Below are positions 48,605-62,050 of a DNA stretch of 64,000 bases, in pieces. The position numbers were made by a program, and so were the translations under genes. Under the pieces are notes generated by a model. The model saw only the letters and a program-made list of their open reading frames with translations. It did no database searches and had not been told where the DNA came from. Source of the DNA: Convolutriloba macropyga. Taxonomy: Eukaryota. Numbering within the stretch: position 1 is the first letter of the stretch; every line of letters starts with the position of its first letter. Location: contig NC_134470.1 in the NCBI RefSeq assembly GCF_964194025.1, positions 3,348,001-3,412,000 of the forward strand, given 5' to 3'.

Positions 48605-50834
48605 CTGAAGTGTGAAAAGTTTGAACGACTTGAAAATTTCAAAAACTGACATTTCTTTTTAAAAACACTTCTCAAAAACTCAAATACGTTCAAAAATACG
48701 TTCATATTTTCATCAAAAGTTTGGAACTAAAAATTTTGGGACCCATTCTATCCCCCAAATGTTTTTATGTCCCCCTCTTACAATATATATGGTATTATAT
48801 AGCCCGTTCCTATGTTAAAAATAGCCCACCGCCCCGCCCCCAGTACATTATGCGCCCCAGTTACAGAGGACGTGTCATTGCATAGTAAATCGGTATATAA
48901 AAATATGGCATGTGCGTCTGGGGGGTGCAAATAATATGCACCCACAAAGCTGGGCGGCGCGGGAGCCCAAACGGAAAAGATCCCAAAAGTTATATGCCCA
49001 CTAAGCAATTGGAGGGGGGGGGGGGATGAGAATAGATTCCATTTTTGATCGGTCTCGTCAGGGCGGTTATAAATTTCTTGATACAAAATCTACTGAAAAA
49101 TTCGTTAGGTGGCAATAGGCGCTAGTATTAAGGAAAGGGGAATTCAATTTTCAGCGAATTTAATTGGCTGAGAAATTACAAAAGTCAACTTTCTGGGTTT
49201 TATTAACCTTCATGATCAATTCTGTCCCCCCCCCCCCCCAATTTTAGTGGGTACATCCTGTACGCCCCTCAGGCCCGCGCGCTATTTTTCTCAACATAGT
49301 AACTGCTATACAGCAACACAAAATGTGACTGGGGCATAAAAAAACAGTGGGGGGGGGGCAAAATGGATCCAACCTTCATTCGACTCAGCCTAAAGCGATT
49401 TATGGTCATAAACACGTTAGTTGTTACGCCACAACTTCCAATATGTAAGCATTTCAATTACAGCTTTTACAAACCAATTTTACCCCATTTGACATCTCAC
49501 TGAAGCCCGAAAAGATAACAGAGCTATGCTTTTTTGTATAAAAATAACCTACAGCGCCCTTACGTCTTTTTGGGCGGAAAAAATTATCCCGGTATATGAG
49601 CAATCATCAAATAGGACTATTTAGGCTAGACATAAATTCTGATTGGTCAACAAGGAAAATTCCGGTGTTTCCCCCTATACACCCCATCTCAGGGGTCAGA
49701 TAACGTATACCCCCGGTCACCAATCATATATAACTGTCTGTGATTTTATACTAGATGATATAAGTAATATAGAAAAATGACAGGGGTCTCAATATGGGGG
49801 CGGGAATATGCATTGAAATAGGCAATGCATAAAGAGTCTCCCTAGGGGAGACACCTTGGGCCACTTTTTGCGGCACCTTTTTTGAAAGCGAAAAACGCGA
49901 AGCTTTAGTCGGCTAATTCATTCATCGGTGCTAAAAACTAGTTACAACTCTTCGCAGCTTTTGCTAACTTTCCCGGGTTTTTCCCATTATAGCCCTCCAG
50001 CTTAGTGGTCAGATAACCTACAGCCCCCCCCCCAATCAAAATGAATATAGCATAATGGTATGGCTATATTTTCATGGGGGCTTTAATGTAAAAGACCCAC
50101 TTTTCCCGCCATTTACTAAGCAACGCTAGACAAAAGCGCGTTAACTCGACGCAATTTTTTAAGTTAAACCTTATCAATTTGCTGCCCTTTTGTTATATGC
50201 TGCTAAACAGAGAGTAAATATATTACCAGATTTTAACAAAAACCTAATTCACTTTTAGCCAAAAATGTTCAAATGTTTTCCCCTCCTAGATTTTGCGGAA
50301 AGTTTTGACAACAGATCAAACAGGCGCTATTGTGGGAGTAGATAGAAATGTTTCTGGGGAACCAGGGGATCTTGCTTTTTAACTTTTTTGGCTAAAAACA
50401 ACCAGTCTCGTTGATATTTAATTAGTGTTCACCTCGGCTCTTGAAGCTTAAAACTCATTAGTTTAAGATAATGATTTTCAGAAGCAAATGGGAAAAAGAA
50501 AAAAAACTTAAATCTGTGTTTCTAAATTTCACCAATTTGAAATATCACTGTGTCAAATTGAGGAGATTGAGCTACCACAATCAGGAGTAGTCTCGGGCCT
50601 TAAAAACACCACATCAAAGCAAATTATCATTTCAACGGAGTGGTTGTACTTTGATACAAAATAGGTTCTGAAAACTTCATTCATGTTCCACTGGTTTTTC
50701 TACGATTAAAAGCTCTCACAATTATTGCTAAATCTGAAGTCATTAGAAATCGCTGCTTTTAATTTCTATGAAAATTATAATTAATAATGACAAAAAATCT
50801 GAAATTTTTTCTCTGCAAGGGTTATTTGTCTTAC

Positions 50835-50918
50835 TTCCAGTCGCATTTAATTATCTCTTTATTTGATTTGTCTACTATTGATAATTGGCACGACACAGAT
50901 TGATTGATGTTTTTCAAC
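50835..50918 (-). CDS. ADAM-B short exon (Cys-rich domain)
   Basis: TTCAG|G-LKNINQSVSCQLSIVDKSNKEIIKCDW-AA|GTAAG, 84 nt. It splices in frame to give KCDWKCGNMQC. Not in the ORF track. Confidence 0.7.
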
Positions 50919-51299
50919 CTGAAGTTTTTGTCCGTATTTGAAGTTACTTCTCTCTGAAAGCTTGAGTGTCACCTTTATTTTAATTACAAATCCTGCAAAA
51001 AGAACTAAATCATGTTTTAGATTGGCTAGGAAGGAGATGTAAGGGAAACTGACGCCGACAGCAAATTGAATACTTTGTCTTACTATTTTTAAGTTATCAA
51101 ACAGAAAAGTTGCAAACTGGCCAACGGGGTTTCTGATTAAGGCAATAGGAAGTTCTAAGAACTTCCCAAAATCATATCTGGATTGTTGGATTGTAATGAA
51201 AACAGTTGTTTTTTGACTCAACAGAAGCGTAATTGGCCTCAATATATGTCATTGTGGAAAATTCAAAAAATCCGGAAAACTTGAAGGCAGTAATATTGA

Positions 51300-53897
51300 C
51301 AACTGCGGAAACGGCCAACTACTAATCACCATACAAAACAAATGACTAAAAACTTGTTACCAGGTCAGCTAAAAGGTATTAACGATTTGCACCATCCGGC
51401 TCATTTATCAATTATTTTTGGATTTAAGAACCACATCAAGATGTTCAAGCTAGTGTTTACAGCAAGATGTTCAAGCTAGTAACTGAACGAAGTCGTCTGG
51501 AAATAGAACTGCCAACAGTCAGCCAGAAACACGATGTGTTACGCGAACTTTAACGAAAACCTTGGGACGAAAACCCATACGATGATAACTACCGGTATTA
51601 CTGGATCGAAAAAGAAATCAGCAAAAACATCGGAAGAAACAATGGAGAATACAAAATAGTGAGAACGTCATTCGATAAGACAAATTGGCATATGGCGCAG
51701 TTGTCTGCTTGACTAGAGGAAGAGATATCGATTCTTCAAATTGAATTCAGTCGTGAAATTGAAAAAAGACAAAAATGAATCAACTAAAGTAGAGCACATT
51801 GAAGCTTTGAAACGTTCTAGGCCAAACAGAGAGGTTTTTTGAAAATAAGGAAGAAAGTATGATACAATTCAAAAATCAGAAAAAACAATTGCAGAAGGTG
51901 AAGGAGTATGAGTTGTTGAAATCTCCATTGTCAACTTCAGTACAGCTGAAAACAAGCAGACAAAACGTTGTTCCGAGTAGTTCAGTAGGCTACAAACGTG
52001 TCCACAAAGGAATCCAAGTAGTGTCAAAGAATGCAGCAACTTACCAGTGCAGAGAACTGAAGCGGGAGAAATCTCTAATTTCAGTAGGTCCTATTGTCAG
52101 TCTTGGAGTAGTAGGAGAGCAATGTCATCAGAATACTTGTTTCCAGTCAATACTCACGGAATTTTGCAAGCGCTTTAGAACAGAGTCTGAGGGCAGTAAA
52201 GAGCTAGCGGTAGCTGAGCAAATCTCATTTTGCAAACTGAGTCAAACGAACCCCTAATCGCTATCAGAGGAAATTTCAGTTCCACAAAAGAAGAAATCAA
52301 GAAATTTGGAAATTGTGTCCTTAACAGAAGAGCCACAGGAGCTACAGCAGCAATCACTTTCAATTGGCAAACAGAGACAGGATTCATGGGACTCATTGGG
52401 TTAACAAAACACGTCAACTGTAAAATGTTCATCAACAGAAGAGACTCTCATAGTGGAAGCGGTATGAAGTACCCTTGTGCCAAACAGGACAGTTGAGAAA
52501 CATTGTGGAGGAAAGGGAAACATATTGTTCCTGTAAACCTCACCACAAGATTGATGAGAATGTCAAAGCAACAAAAACATCTCAAGAAATATGATGAGAA
52601 AATCGCTCAATAGTTGCAGAAAAGGGTTCCAGAGACACAAAAAAGGCTCAACTTGATGAGGGTAATGAGCACGACATCTTCGAAAGACATGCTTTAAATC
52701 AAAATCTTATCTTGCAGTCATTGGAGAAACTGATTCTTCACAACAAAAAACTTATCCCAGCAATTTGCAATGCGGATGACGCCATGTCAATTGCTGGCGG
52801 TGGCAATATGATATTTCATGAAGAAGCTGGCACATAAATTGGGCCGGCCAAGTTTTTTCTCAAGAGACAACAAAACAGCGGAAGTACCCCGAAAACTCAT
52901 GGATGGATCAATGGAGACCCGTCAAAGGTGTCGAAAACCCTGCCGACATCGGAACCCGAGGAATGCCCACCGAAGGCCTCATTGAGTCCGGGTGGTTAAA
53001 CGGGCCAGCATGGCTCCTGACAGATAAAAAACTGGCCAAAGCCGTCGTGCCAAGTCAACGAAGTTGAACCTGAGCAAAGTACCAGTACTGTAGCCACAGA
53101 AACTAAACTAGACCAACTATTTGACTGGAGACGATACAGTACCTTCAACCGAAATAGAAACCTCATTGCCTACTGCATGAGGTTTAAGACGAAGCAGAAT
53201 GGATTCCTCAAAGCAGACGAAAGCCATCAAGCAGAGCAAGTACTGTTTCGATTTGTTCAAAACGAATGCTTTACGAATGTTTCAAAGTCGATGGCAAACA
53301 GCAAAGAAATCTCTAAAACCATAAACATTGCCAAATTGTTGCTCTTCATAGAAGAAGATGGAACCAATCGGATAAAAGTTGACTGAAACGTTTGAATCTT
53401 GATTACAATACCCAACATCCATTACAATTGCCAGCAAAACATCCAGTTTTACAAATTCTGCTGGAGAAAGCGCATCGTGACAGCCTACACGAAGGCAGAG
53501 AATACGCAAAAATCATGGTTCAACAAGAGTACTGGATCATCGCGTTAAGAACTGCGTTGAGAAAAATGATGTAGAGAAGTGTCAAATGTCGGCACAGAAA
53601 CGCCAGCCAAACCCTAGAACGGATTGATGGACATGTGTTCCCGTTCATCCATACGGAAGTCGATTAATTGAGTCCATTTGAAGTTCCTACGACGCAACTT
53701 GATAAGATGGTGCTGCTTCTTCACTTGTCGAAAAACCGGAGCAGTACAGATTGAAGCGGCACAGTCATTGGACGCCCAGTCGTGTCTAGCGGCAGTAACA
53801 AGATTAATTGCTACTGACAATGGAACAAACTTCCTTTGAGCAACTAATGAGCTGAAAGCTCTCACGAACGAGTGTGACAAAGCTAAGATAGAGATTG
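51300..53897 (+). mobile_element. Degraded BEL/Pao LTR retrotransposon (gag remnants, RNase H end, integrase N-half)
   Basis: QWRPVKGVENPADIGTRGM...WLNGPAWL at ~52909; HPLQLPAKHP..AH...HEG..YWI; FTC..TGAV.IE, DNGTNF. The left boundary is approximate. Confidence 0.9.
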
Positions 53898-53901
53898 ACT
53901 C

Positions 53902-55540
53902 AGATTTTAAAATCTTGCGAGTTTTAAGTTAGTTGAGCTTACCTGACGAGAAGTTAGCAACAATACTAGTTACTGGCTAAAACCTTACAAACTTCAGCAC
54001 GAGATTGAACATAGAGTATCACTAAGGATTTTCTCAACTTCAATCAACAAAATTAGAGTTATAATCCTTTAATACGTCGGAGCGACTAAATATTTCGACG
54101 AGATTGGTAGTCAATCGAACCTTGTGAAGAACCAGTGCGGCGTAAAACTCGAGAACCAGGCTGTAATATATCGGTTCCGCTGAATTACCTCCCTACACTT
54201 ACATCAGTTTATGGGGTATCGGGGCGGATAATTTGATGCGGGTTATGCTCAAGAATCACAATGACTTGAACTCAAATTAAACCGGTAAAACAGGGTGCCA
54301 GCATGCACGCAAGCTTATTGTTATATAAAACTTAAATTTATGTTATCTTCCAGAAATCACAAATTGTTATTTTTTGTTGGCGGTCAAGCAAGTTGATGAG
54401 CGATCAAACCGAGTTTGGAATAACGGGTCAGGTGCTCCAAAAATTTAGAAGATTGTTCTTTTTATAAATTGTCCATGGCAGGCATCTGGTTGCGTTTCGT
54501 TGCGTCACGAATTGTCAAGTTTCACCGGCTGCGGTTTCTAGATAAGACAATGGATGAGAAGCATATTCGTGCGCAGCGGTCTACTAGAGCATATTTCATT
54601 TCTTCGGTGCACTCGAATACATTAAAACTTGCAAAGGCTTTTTAAGTCCGGATTGCAATGGCTGACAAAGTATTTTTTCTCTGAGACGATATTTGAAAAA
54701 CAATTTTGTTATAAATGGTTATATATTGTTTTATAAACGGCTGCTGGGCTTGCTTCGGCGCGTAGCAACTCCGAAGAGATAACCCGCTGACGTTACCAGA
54801 TACCACTGCACAACGGGACAGCAGTCTACTAGAGCTTGTAACAAAAACCACTCGATATTCAAATAATGACTTATGTCCACCTATTTTGTGCAATGGAATA
54901 CATTGTAAGTTGTCTTTCGCAGTCCAGACTAGAGCCGTATATAATAATTTAATTCTGATACAATACTGTTTATGCTCATTTTTGGGGAGTTTATTCTATG
55001 CTGATCTGTTCATTTTCTTCGGGAAGTGTTGCTTAAACGTTTTTGTTTGTGATTATTTTAACCAGCGTCCTCTTAACAAAATTGGAAGACAACTCAGATA
55101 CACTCAAGCTTTTTTCCAGATTTTCATTACGAACAGCATCAAAGGTTTAAATTTTTCAATTCACTGGTTTCCTTGTTAATGGTATAATAGCCATTGAGTT
55201 AACTTTTATTTTGCAATGGAGAAAGCGAGAACAGAATGTAATTTTAGGTTTATGCTGGTGTCAGTAGATTTTTGATAACCATGATATCTAATTTAAATTT
55301 TTCTCAACTTTTATGTGAACGCTCAGAAATAGGAAGGCTAGTTTTCCATTCCTGGTGGGTCTCATTAGAATGAAATATAAATTTTTGGTAGGTGAATTTG
55401 CATACGAGTGATACTCTTCTAATGTCTGTGTTGTATCTTTTTCTGCAGAAGAAGAAAGATATATACAATTTCTTGCATGTTTTCAAGCATAGGGTAAGTG
55501 TTATTTTGCAAAGAACCTGATTTATAATGATTGGCGGTCG
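53902..55540 (-). mobile_element. Penelope-like element 3' part, copy 1 (RT C-half, GIY-YIG relic, 3' region), inserted in the BEL integrase
   Basis: Homologous to 59597-61228. BEL integrase stops at 53897 and resumes (GIWERLV) at 55541. Confidence 0.75.
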
Positions 55541-55866
55541 TGGAATCTGGGAGAGGCTAGTTCACAGTTGCAAGAAGGTCATGATTGCAATCTCGGACAA
55601 ACGAAACCTAACTGACGAGGTACTCAGCACCCCAATGTGTCTTTTAGAGCACACACTCAACGCAAGACCCCGGAGAGCAGTGAGTGACGACCCTAACGAT
55701 TTGACAGCACTACCGCCAAATCATTTCTTGCTGGGACAAGAGAAGGCAAGTGCATCGTTCATGCCATCCAGTGAGCGCTACCATAACCTCAGAAAATCAT
55801 TCAATACGGCTCACGCATGTGCCGACATGATATGGAAAAATGGGCTCGTGAATATATTCCACAATT
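55541..55866 (+). mobile_element. BEL/Pao integrase C-half fragment
   Basis: GIWERLVHSCK...E.TLNARP....DDPNDLTALPPNHFLLG. Confidence 0.9.
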
Positions 55867-56344
55867 CCAAGATGGAGCTCAAAAGGAAACCGAAGTTATA
55901 GCATGCGGTTAGAATAACCTCTAGACTACTCATGGAACCAACGAAAGTTATTGCGTCAGACCAACAAGTGTGCCTTTTAGCGCTTACATGGTGCAAAATT
56001 TTTTTTTATATTTTGTCATTTATTGTTAATTTTCTTAAATTATTTATTTTATGATATTTTAGGTGATCAAAAAATGTCAAATACCGTACATTCGAGGCCA
56101 TTGAAGCTATGTAATAACCATCTGTGCTTATATCAATAAAAGTAAATATCGCATTAATATGACATTTACTATGTAAACAATGACCTAAATCATTTTCTTG
56201 GTTAACCAAATAGAAACAATTAGCAATGATGTTATAAATGATAAATATTTAATTTTTATATTAACCCAATTACTTGAATAGTGAAACCAAATTTTATTTA
56301 GAACCATTAGAAACTTTTACCAAGAGCATTTGGCTCTCAGATTG

Positions 56345-58115
56345 GAGATTTTAATTTCAATTTAGTTGAGCTTGCTTGACGAGAAGTTAGCAACAATACT
56401 AGCTACTGGGTAAAACCTTACAAACTTCAGCACAAGATTTAACGTAGAGTATTACTAAAAATTTTCTTAAATTCAAGCAGAAAAATTGAAATTATAGTCT
56501 TCTAATACGTCCGAGCGACTAATTGTTTCGACGAGATTGTTAGTCAATCGAACCTTGTGAAGAACCAGGCCGGCGTAAAACTCGCGAACCATGCAGTAAA
56601 TCGATTCCGCTGAGATTTTTGAGCTTCCCTACTCTTACATCAGTTTGGGGGTAACCGGGGGGATAATTTGGTGCGGGTGATGCTCATGCATCACAATGAT
56701 TTGAACTCAAAGTAAAGAGGTAAAACAGGGAGCCAACATGCACGCAAGCTTATTGTTATATAAATATTAAATATATATAATCTTCCAGACTTCATAAATT
56801 GTTTTTTTTGTTGGCGGTCAAGCAAGCTGATGAGCGATCAAACCGAATTTGGAAAACTGAGTCAGGTGCTCCAAAAATTTAGAAGATTGTTCTTTTTATA
56901 AATTGTCCATGGCAGGCAACTAGTTGCGTTTCGATGCCTCACGAATTGTCAAGTGTCACCGGCTGAGGTTTCTAGATAAGACAGTGGATGGAAAGCACCT
57001 CCGTGCGCAGCGGTCTACTAGATCATATTTCATTTCTTCGGTGCAGTGGAATAAATTAAAATTTGCAAATGCTCTAAAAGTCCTGATTGCAACGGTTGAC
57101 AAAGTATCATTTGTCTGAGACGATGTTTGAAAAACATTTTTTTTAAATGGTTATATATTGATTTATAAACGGCTGCTGGGCTTGTTTTGGCGCGTAGCGA
57201 CTCCGAAGAGATAACCCGCTGCCGTTGCCAGATACCACTCCACAACGGGACAGCAGTCTAACAAAAACCACTCGATGTTCAAATAATGACTTATGTCCAC
57301 CTATTTTGTGCAATGGAATACATTGTAAGTTGTCTTTCGCAGTCCAGACTAGAGCCGTTTATAATAATTTAATTCTGATACAATACTGTTTATGCTCACT
57401 TTTGTGGAGTTTATTCTATGCTGATCTGTTCATTTTCTTCGGGAAGTGTTGCTTTAAGGTTTTTGTGATTATTTTAACCAGCGTCCTATTAACAAAACTG
57501 GAAGACAACTCTGATACAATCAGGCTTTTTGCCAGATTTTTGATTTTCAATAAGAACAACATCAAAGGTTTTCAATTTTTCAATTCACTGGTTCCGTTGT
57601 TAATGGTATTATAGCCGTTGAGTCCACTTTTTTTTCGCAACGGAAACAAATAGAACAGAATGTAAATTTAAGATTTTGCTGATGTCAGTAGACTTTTGAT
57701 AACCATGATATCTAATTTATATTTTTCTCGACTTTTACGTAAATGCTCAGAATTAGGAGGGCTAGTTTTCCAATCCTGGTGGGTCTCATCAGAATGAAAT
57801 ATAAATTTTTGGTAGGTGAATTTGCATACGCGAGATACTGTTTTATTGTCTGTCCTCTGTTGTACCTTTTTCTGCAGAAGAAGAACAGATACAAACAATT
57901 TCTGGCATGTGTTCGAGGATAGCGTAAGCGCTATTTAAAAAAAACAGACTTTTAATGATTCGCGGTCGACACCTCGAAAAGTAATGGGTCCGTTACAATT
58001 AATGCACATTCCATTTACGTCAGGAGTTTTCTATTCGCTCATCTACCCGGTTTCTGTTGTTAGGATTCTTCAGATGACTCCATCCACAAATTTGTCAGAA
58101 AAGAACCAAAAAATT
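56345..58115 (-). mobile_element. Penelope-like element 3' part, copy 2
   Basis: Homologous to 59620-61375. Confidence 0.75.
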
Positions 58116-58119
58116 ATCC

Positions 58120-59010
58120 AAAGTTACAAATTGTGCTGGAGAAAGTGCATTGTGACAGCCTAGACGAGGTCAAAAAATACGTAAGAACCATGGTTCGACA
58201 AGAGTACTGGATCATCAGATTAAGAAATGCATTGAGAAAAAGGATGTAGAGATTTGTCAAATGTCGGCACAGAAACGCCAGCCAACCCCGAGAACGACTT
58301 GATGGACATGTGTTCCCATTCACCCAAAACGAAGTTGTTTAATTCAGTCCCTTTGATTGAAGTTCCTAAGACGTACCTTGAAAAAATGGTGCTGCCTCTT
58401 CACTTGTCTAAAAACCGGAGCAGTACTCATCAAAGTGGCACAGTCATTGGACGCCAAGTCGCGTCTAGCAGCAGTAACAAGATTCATTGCTTCTGACAAT
58501 GGAACAAACTTCCTTGGAGCAACTAATGAGCTGAAAGCTATCATGAACGAGTGTGACAAAGCTAAGATAGAGAGTGACTTAGCACAGAAAAATATCGTTT
58601 ATAAATCAATCCTCCTGGAGCACCACACTTTGGTGGAATCTGGGAGAGGCTAGTTCACAGTTGCAAGAAGGACATGATTGCAATTTCGGACAACCGAAGC
58701 CTCACTGACAAGGTACTCAGCACCCCAATGTGTCTTTTAGAGCACACACTCAACGCAAGACCCCGGAGAGCAGTGAGTGACGACCCTAACGATTTGACAG
58801 CACTACCGCCAAATCATTTCTTGCTGGGACAAGAGAAGGCAAGTGCATCGTTCATGCCATCCAGTGAGATCTACCATAACCGGAGAAAATCATTCAAAAC
58901 GGCTCACGCATGTGCCGAAGTGATATGGAAAAGATGGACTCGTGAATATATTCCACAATGGAACCAGAGATTGGAGTGGTTAAAAGAACACGTGCGAAAC
59001 CTGAGGACCA
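58120..59010 (+). mobile_element. BEL/Pao integrase, second copy, uninterrupted across the PLE insertion point
   Basis: WCCLFTCLKTGAV...SDNGTNFLGA...HFGGIWERLV...NHFLLG...IWKRWTREYIP. Confidence 0.9.
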
Positions 59011-59596
59011 TTTTTGGCTAGTATATGACTCTGTGGAGCGTTGTTTGGACCGAAATTTTGCACCCCCCCCATTTTCGGAAGGGAAAAAAAAACACAGGAA
59101 CCCGAAGCTATAGCATGCGGTTAGGGTAAGCTCTAGGCTACTCATGGACCCAACGAACGTTATTGTGTCAGACCCAAAAGTATGCCTTTTAGCACTTATA
59201 TGGTGCAAAATTGGCATTTTTGATATTTTGTCTTTTATTGTTAAATTTCTTAAATTGTTTGTTTTATGATTCTTAAGGTGATCAATAGGTGAAATAACGT
59301 ACAATTGAGGCTACCTTTTAACTATCTGTGCTTATATCAGGAAAGGTAAATATTGCAGTAATTTGACATTTACTATGTAAACAATGACCTAAATCATTTT
59401 CTTGGTTAACCAAATAGAAACAAGGAGCAATGATGTTATAAATGAAAAATATTTGATTATTTACTGTGAGCCAATTTTCGAATGGTGAAACCAAATTGTT
59501 TCTAGAACCACTAGATACTGTTACCAAGAGACGTTGGATCTCAGATTGGACTAAAATTGATTCTTAAACAATTTAAGACTTTTTGCTAAGTTTCGA

Positions 59597-62050
59597 TAGA
59601 TTTTAAAATCTTGCGAAATTTAAGTTAGTTGAGCTTACCTGACGAGAAGTTAGCAACAATACTAGTTACTGGCTAAAACCTTACAAACTTCAGCACGAGA
59701 TTGAACATAGAGTATCACTAAGGATTTTCTCAACTTCAATCAACAAAATTAGAGTTATAATCCTTTAATACGTCCGAGCGACTAAATATTTCGACGAGAT
59801 TGGTAGTCAATCGAACCTTGTGAAGAACCAGTCCGGCGTAAAACTCGAGAACCAGGCTGTAATATATCGGTTCCGCTGAATTACCTCCCTACACTTACAT
59901 CAGTTTGTGGGGAATCGGGGCGGATAATTTGATGCGGGTGATGCTCAAGCATCACAATGACTTGAACTCAAATTAAACCGGTAAAACAGGGAGCCAGCAT
60001 GCACGCAAGCTTATTGTTATATAAAACTTAAATTTATGTTATCTTCCAGACATCACGAATTGTTATTTTTTGGTGGCGGTCAAGCAAGCTGATGAGCGAT
60101 CAAACCGAATTTGGAAAAACGGGTCAGGTGATCCAAACATTTAGAAGATTGTTCTTTTTATAAATTGTCCATGGCAGTCATCTGGTTGCGTTTCGATGCG
60201 TCACGAATTGTCAAGTGTCACCGGCTGCGGTTTCTAGATAAGACAATGGATGAGAAGCATATTCGTGCGCAGCGGTCTACTAGAGCATATTTCATTTCTT
60301 CGGTGCACTGGAATACATTAAAATTTGCAAATGCTTTAAAAGTCCTGATTGCAATGGTTGACAAAGTATCATTTCTCTGCGACGATGTTTGAAAAACAAT
60401 TTTGTTATAACTGGTTATATATTGTTTTATAAACGGCTGCTGGGCTTGTTTCGGCGCGTAGCGACTCCGAAGAGATAACCCGCTGCCGTTGCCAGATACC
60501 ACTCCACAACGGGACAGCAGTCTAACAAAAACCACTCGATGTTCAAATAATGACTTATGTCCACCTATTTTGTGCAATGGAATACATTGTAAGTTTTCTT
60601 TCGCAGTCCAGACTAGAGCCGTTTATAATAATTTAATTCTGATACAATACTGTTTATGCTCATTTTTGTGGAGTTTATTCTATGCTGATCTGTTCATTTT
60701 CTTCGGGAAGTGTTGCTTTAAGGTTTTTGTGATTATTTTAACCAGCGTCCTATTAACAAAACTGGAAGACAACTCTGATACACTCAGGCTTGCCAGATTT
60801 TTGATTTTCATTAAGAACAGCATCAAAGGTTTTCAATCTTTCAATTCACTGGTTCCGTTGTTAATGGTATTATAGCCGTTGAGTCAACTTTTTTTTGCAA
60901 CGGAAACAAATAGAACAGAATGTAAATTTAAGATTTTGCTGATGTCAGTAGACTTTTGATAACCATGATATCTAATTTATATTTTTCTCGACTTTTACGT
61001 GAATGCTCAGAATTAGGAGGGCTAGTTTTCCATTCCTGGTGGGGCTCATCAGAATGAAATATAAATTTTTGGTAGGTGAATTTGCATACGCGAGATACTG
61101 TTCTAATGTCTGTCCCCTGTTGTACCTTTTTCTGCAGAAGAAGAACAGATACAAACAATTTCTGGCATGTGTTCGAGGATAGCGTAAGCGCTATTTAAAA
61201 AAAACAGACTTTTAATGATTCGCGGTCGACACCTCGAAAAGTAATGGGTCGGTTACAATTAATGCACATTCCATTTACGTCAGGAGTTTTCTATTCGCTC
61301 ATCTACCCGGTTTCTGTTGATAAAATTCTTCAAATGACTTCATCCACAAATTTGTCAGAATAAGAACCAAAGAAGCATCCATGCCTAAGCGGTCCAATTG
61401 CTCGTACCACTTGTTACTACACTTAAAGTGAATGTTCGTTGCGGCTAGTGTCAAAAGTGTCTTCATAGCCGAAACCGGAGTCTTCCAAACCTTGTCAAAG
61501 AAATACAGTTTTAAGAGGAATCTATATCGCCCCTTCTAAGGTTTCATTGGTGTACAGAATTTTAACATAGAGGGATACTATTTGCTCATCCTTACTCATC
61601 AACTGATAGATTCTACAGCGGCTCTACTATCTCTTGAATTAGAGTCAATATTTGTTCCTGGTAACTTCTGGACAAAAGTGGACAGCATTTTTTTCAGATT
61701 CCAGAGCTGATGCCGGCTATAAACATAGAAGGACGAAGCGGAGTAACGTATTTATGTATTTTAGCAAGTCATTAAATTCTGGCCGTGTGCGATCCAGTTT
61801 TCTTGAGCCCCTGATAAATCTTTTCACTCAACTTTCCTTGTTATATTATTTGCTGCAAAGTGCTATTGATCTACTTGTAAAATCATCAATTAAAGTTTTC
61901 ATAACGAACGAAGATTGGGGACCACAAATCTGCATTTCTGAGCAGTTATTTACCCAAGCTACTTCATAAAAATTGATCCTACTTCATTACATCTAAGAGT
62001 TTTAATAAAAGTAACCGCTGACAAAAACTTAGAATTCGCATCTTGTTCGG
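59597..62050 (-). mobile_element. Penelope-like retroelement, longest copy (RT plus GIY-YIG relic), degraded
   Basis: Minus-strand RT motifs across frameshifts: LKKTGSHTARI..LAKIHK..TPLRP; KDEQIVSLYVKILYTN; TNIHFKCSNKWYEQLDRLGMDASLVLILTNLWMKSFE; DIRTV; AN..KNLYF....GKLALL; W.QKSTD..ILNLHS. C-terminal LVDRC...LTIRD resembles the end of the PLE endonuclease (weaker evidence). Confidence 0.82.

Noticed and set aside
61020-61056. CTGATGA...GAAA on the minus strand as a hammerhead ribozyme
   Set aside because: Stem II cannot close and the site lies within RT coding sequence.
60928-61230. Resemblance to a hAT dimerisation domain (IALTL...M..TR.GKLALL.LSIH)
   Set aside because: Better explained as Penelope RT, because the upstream and downstream PLE motifs are collinear.
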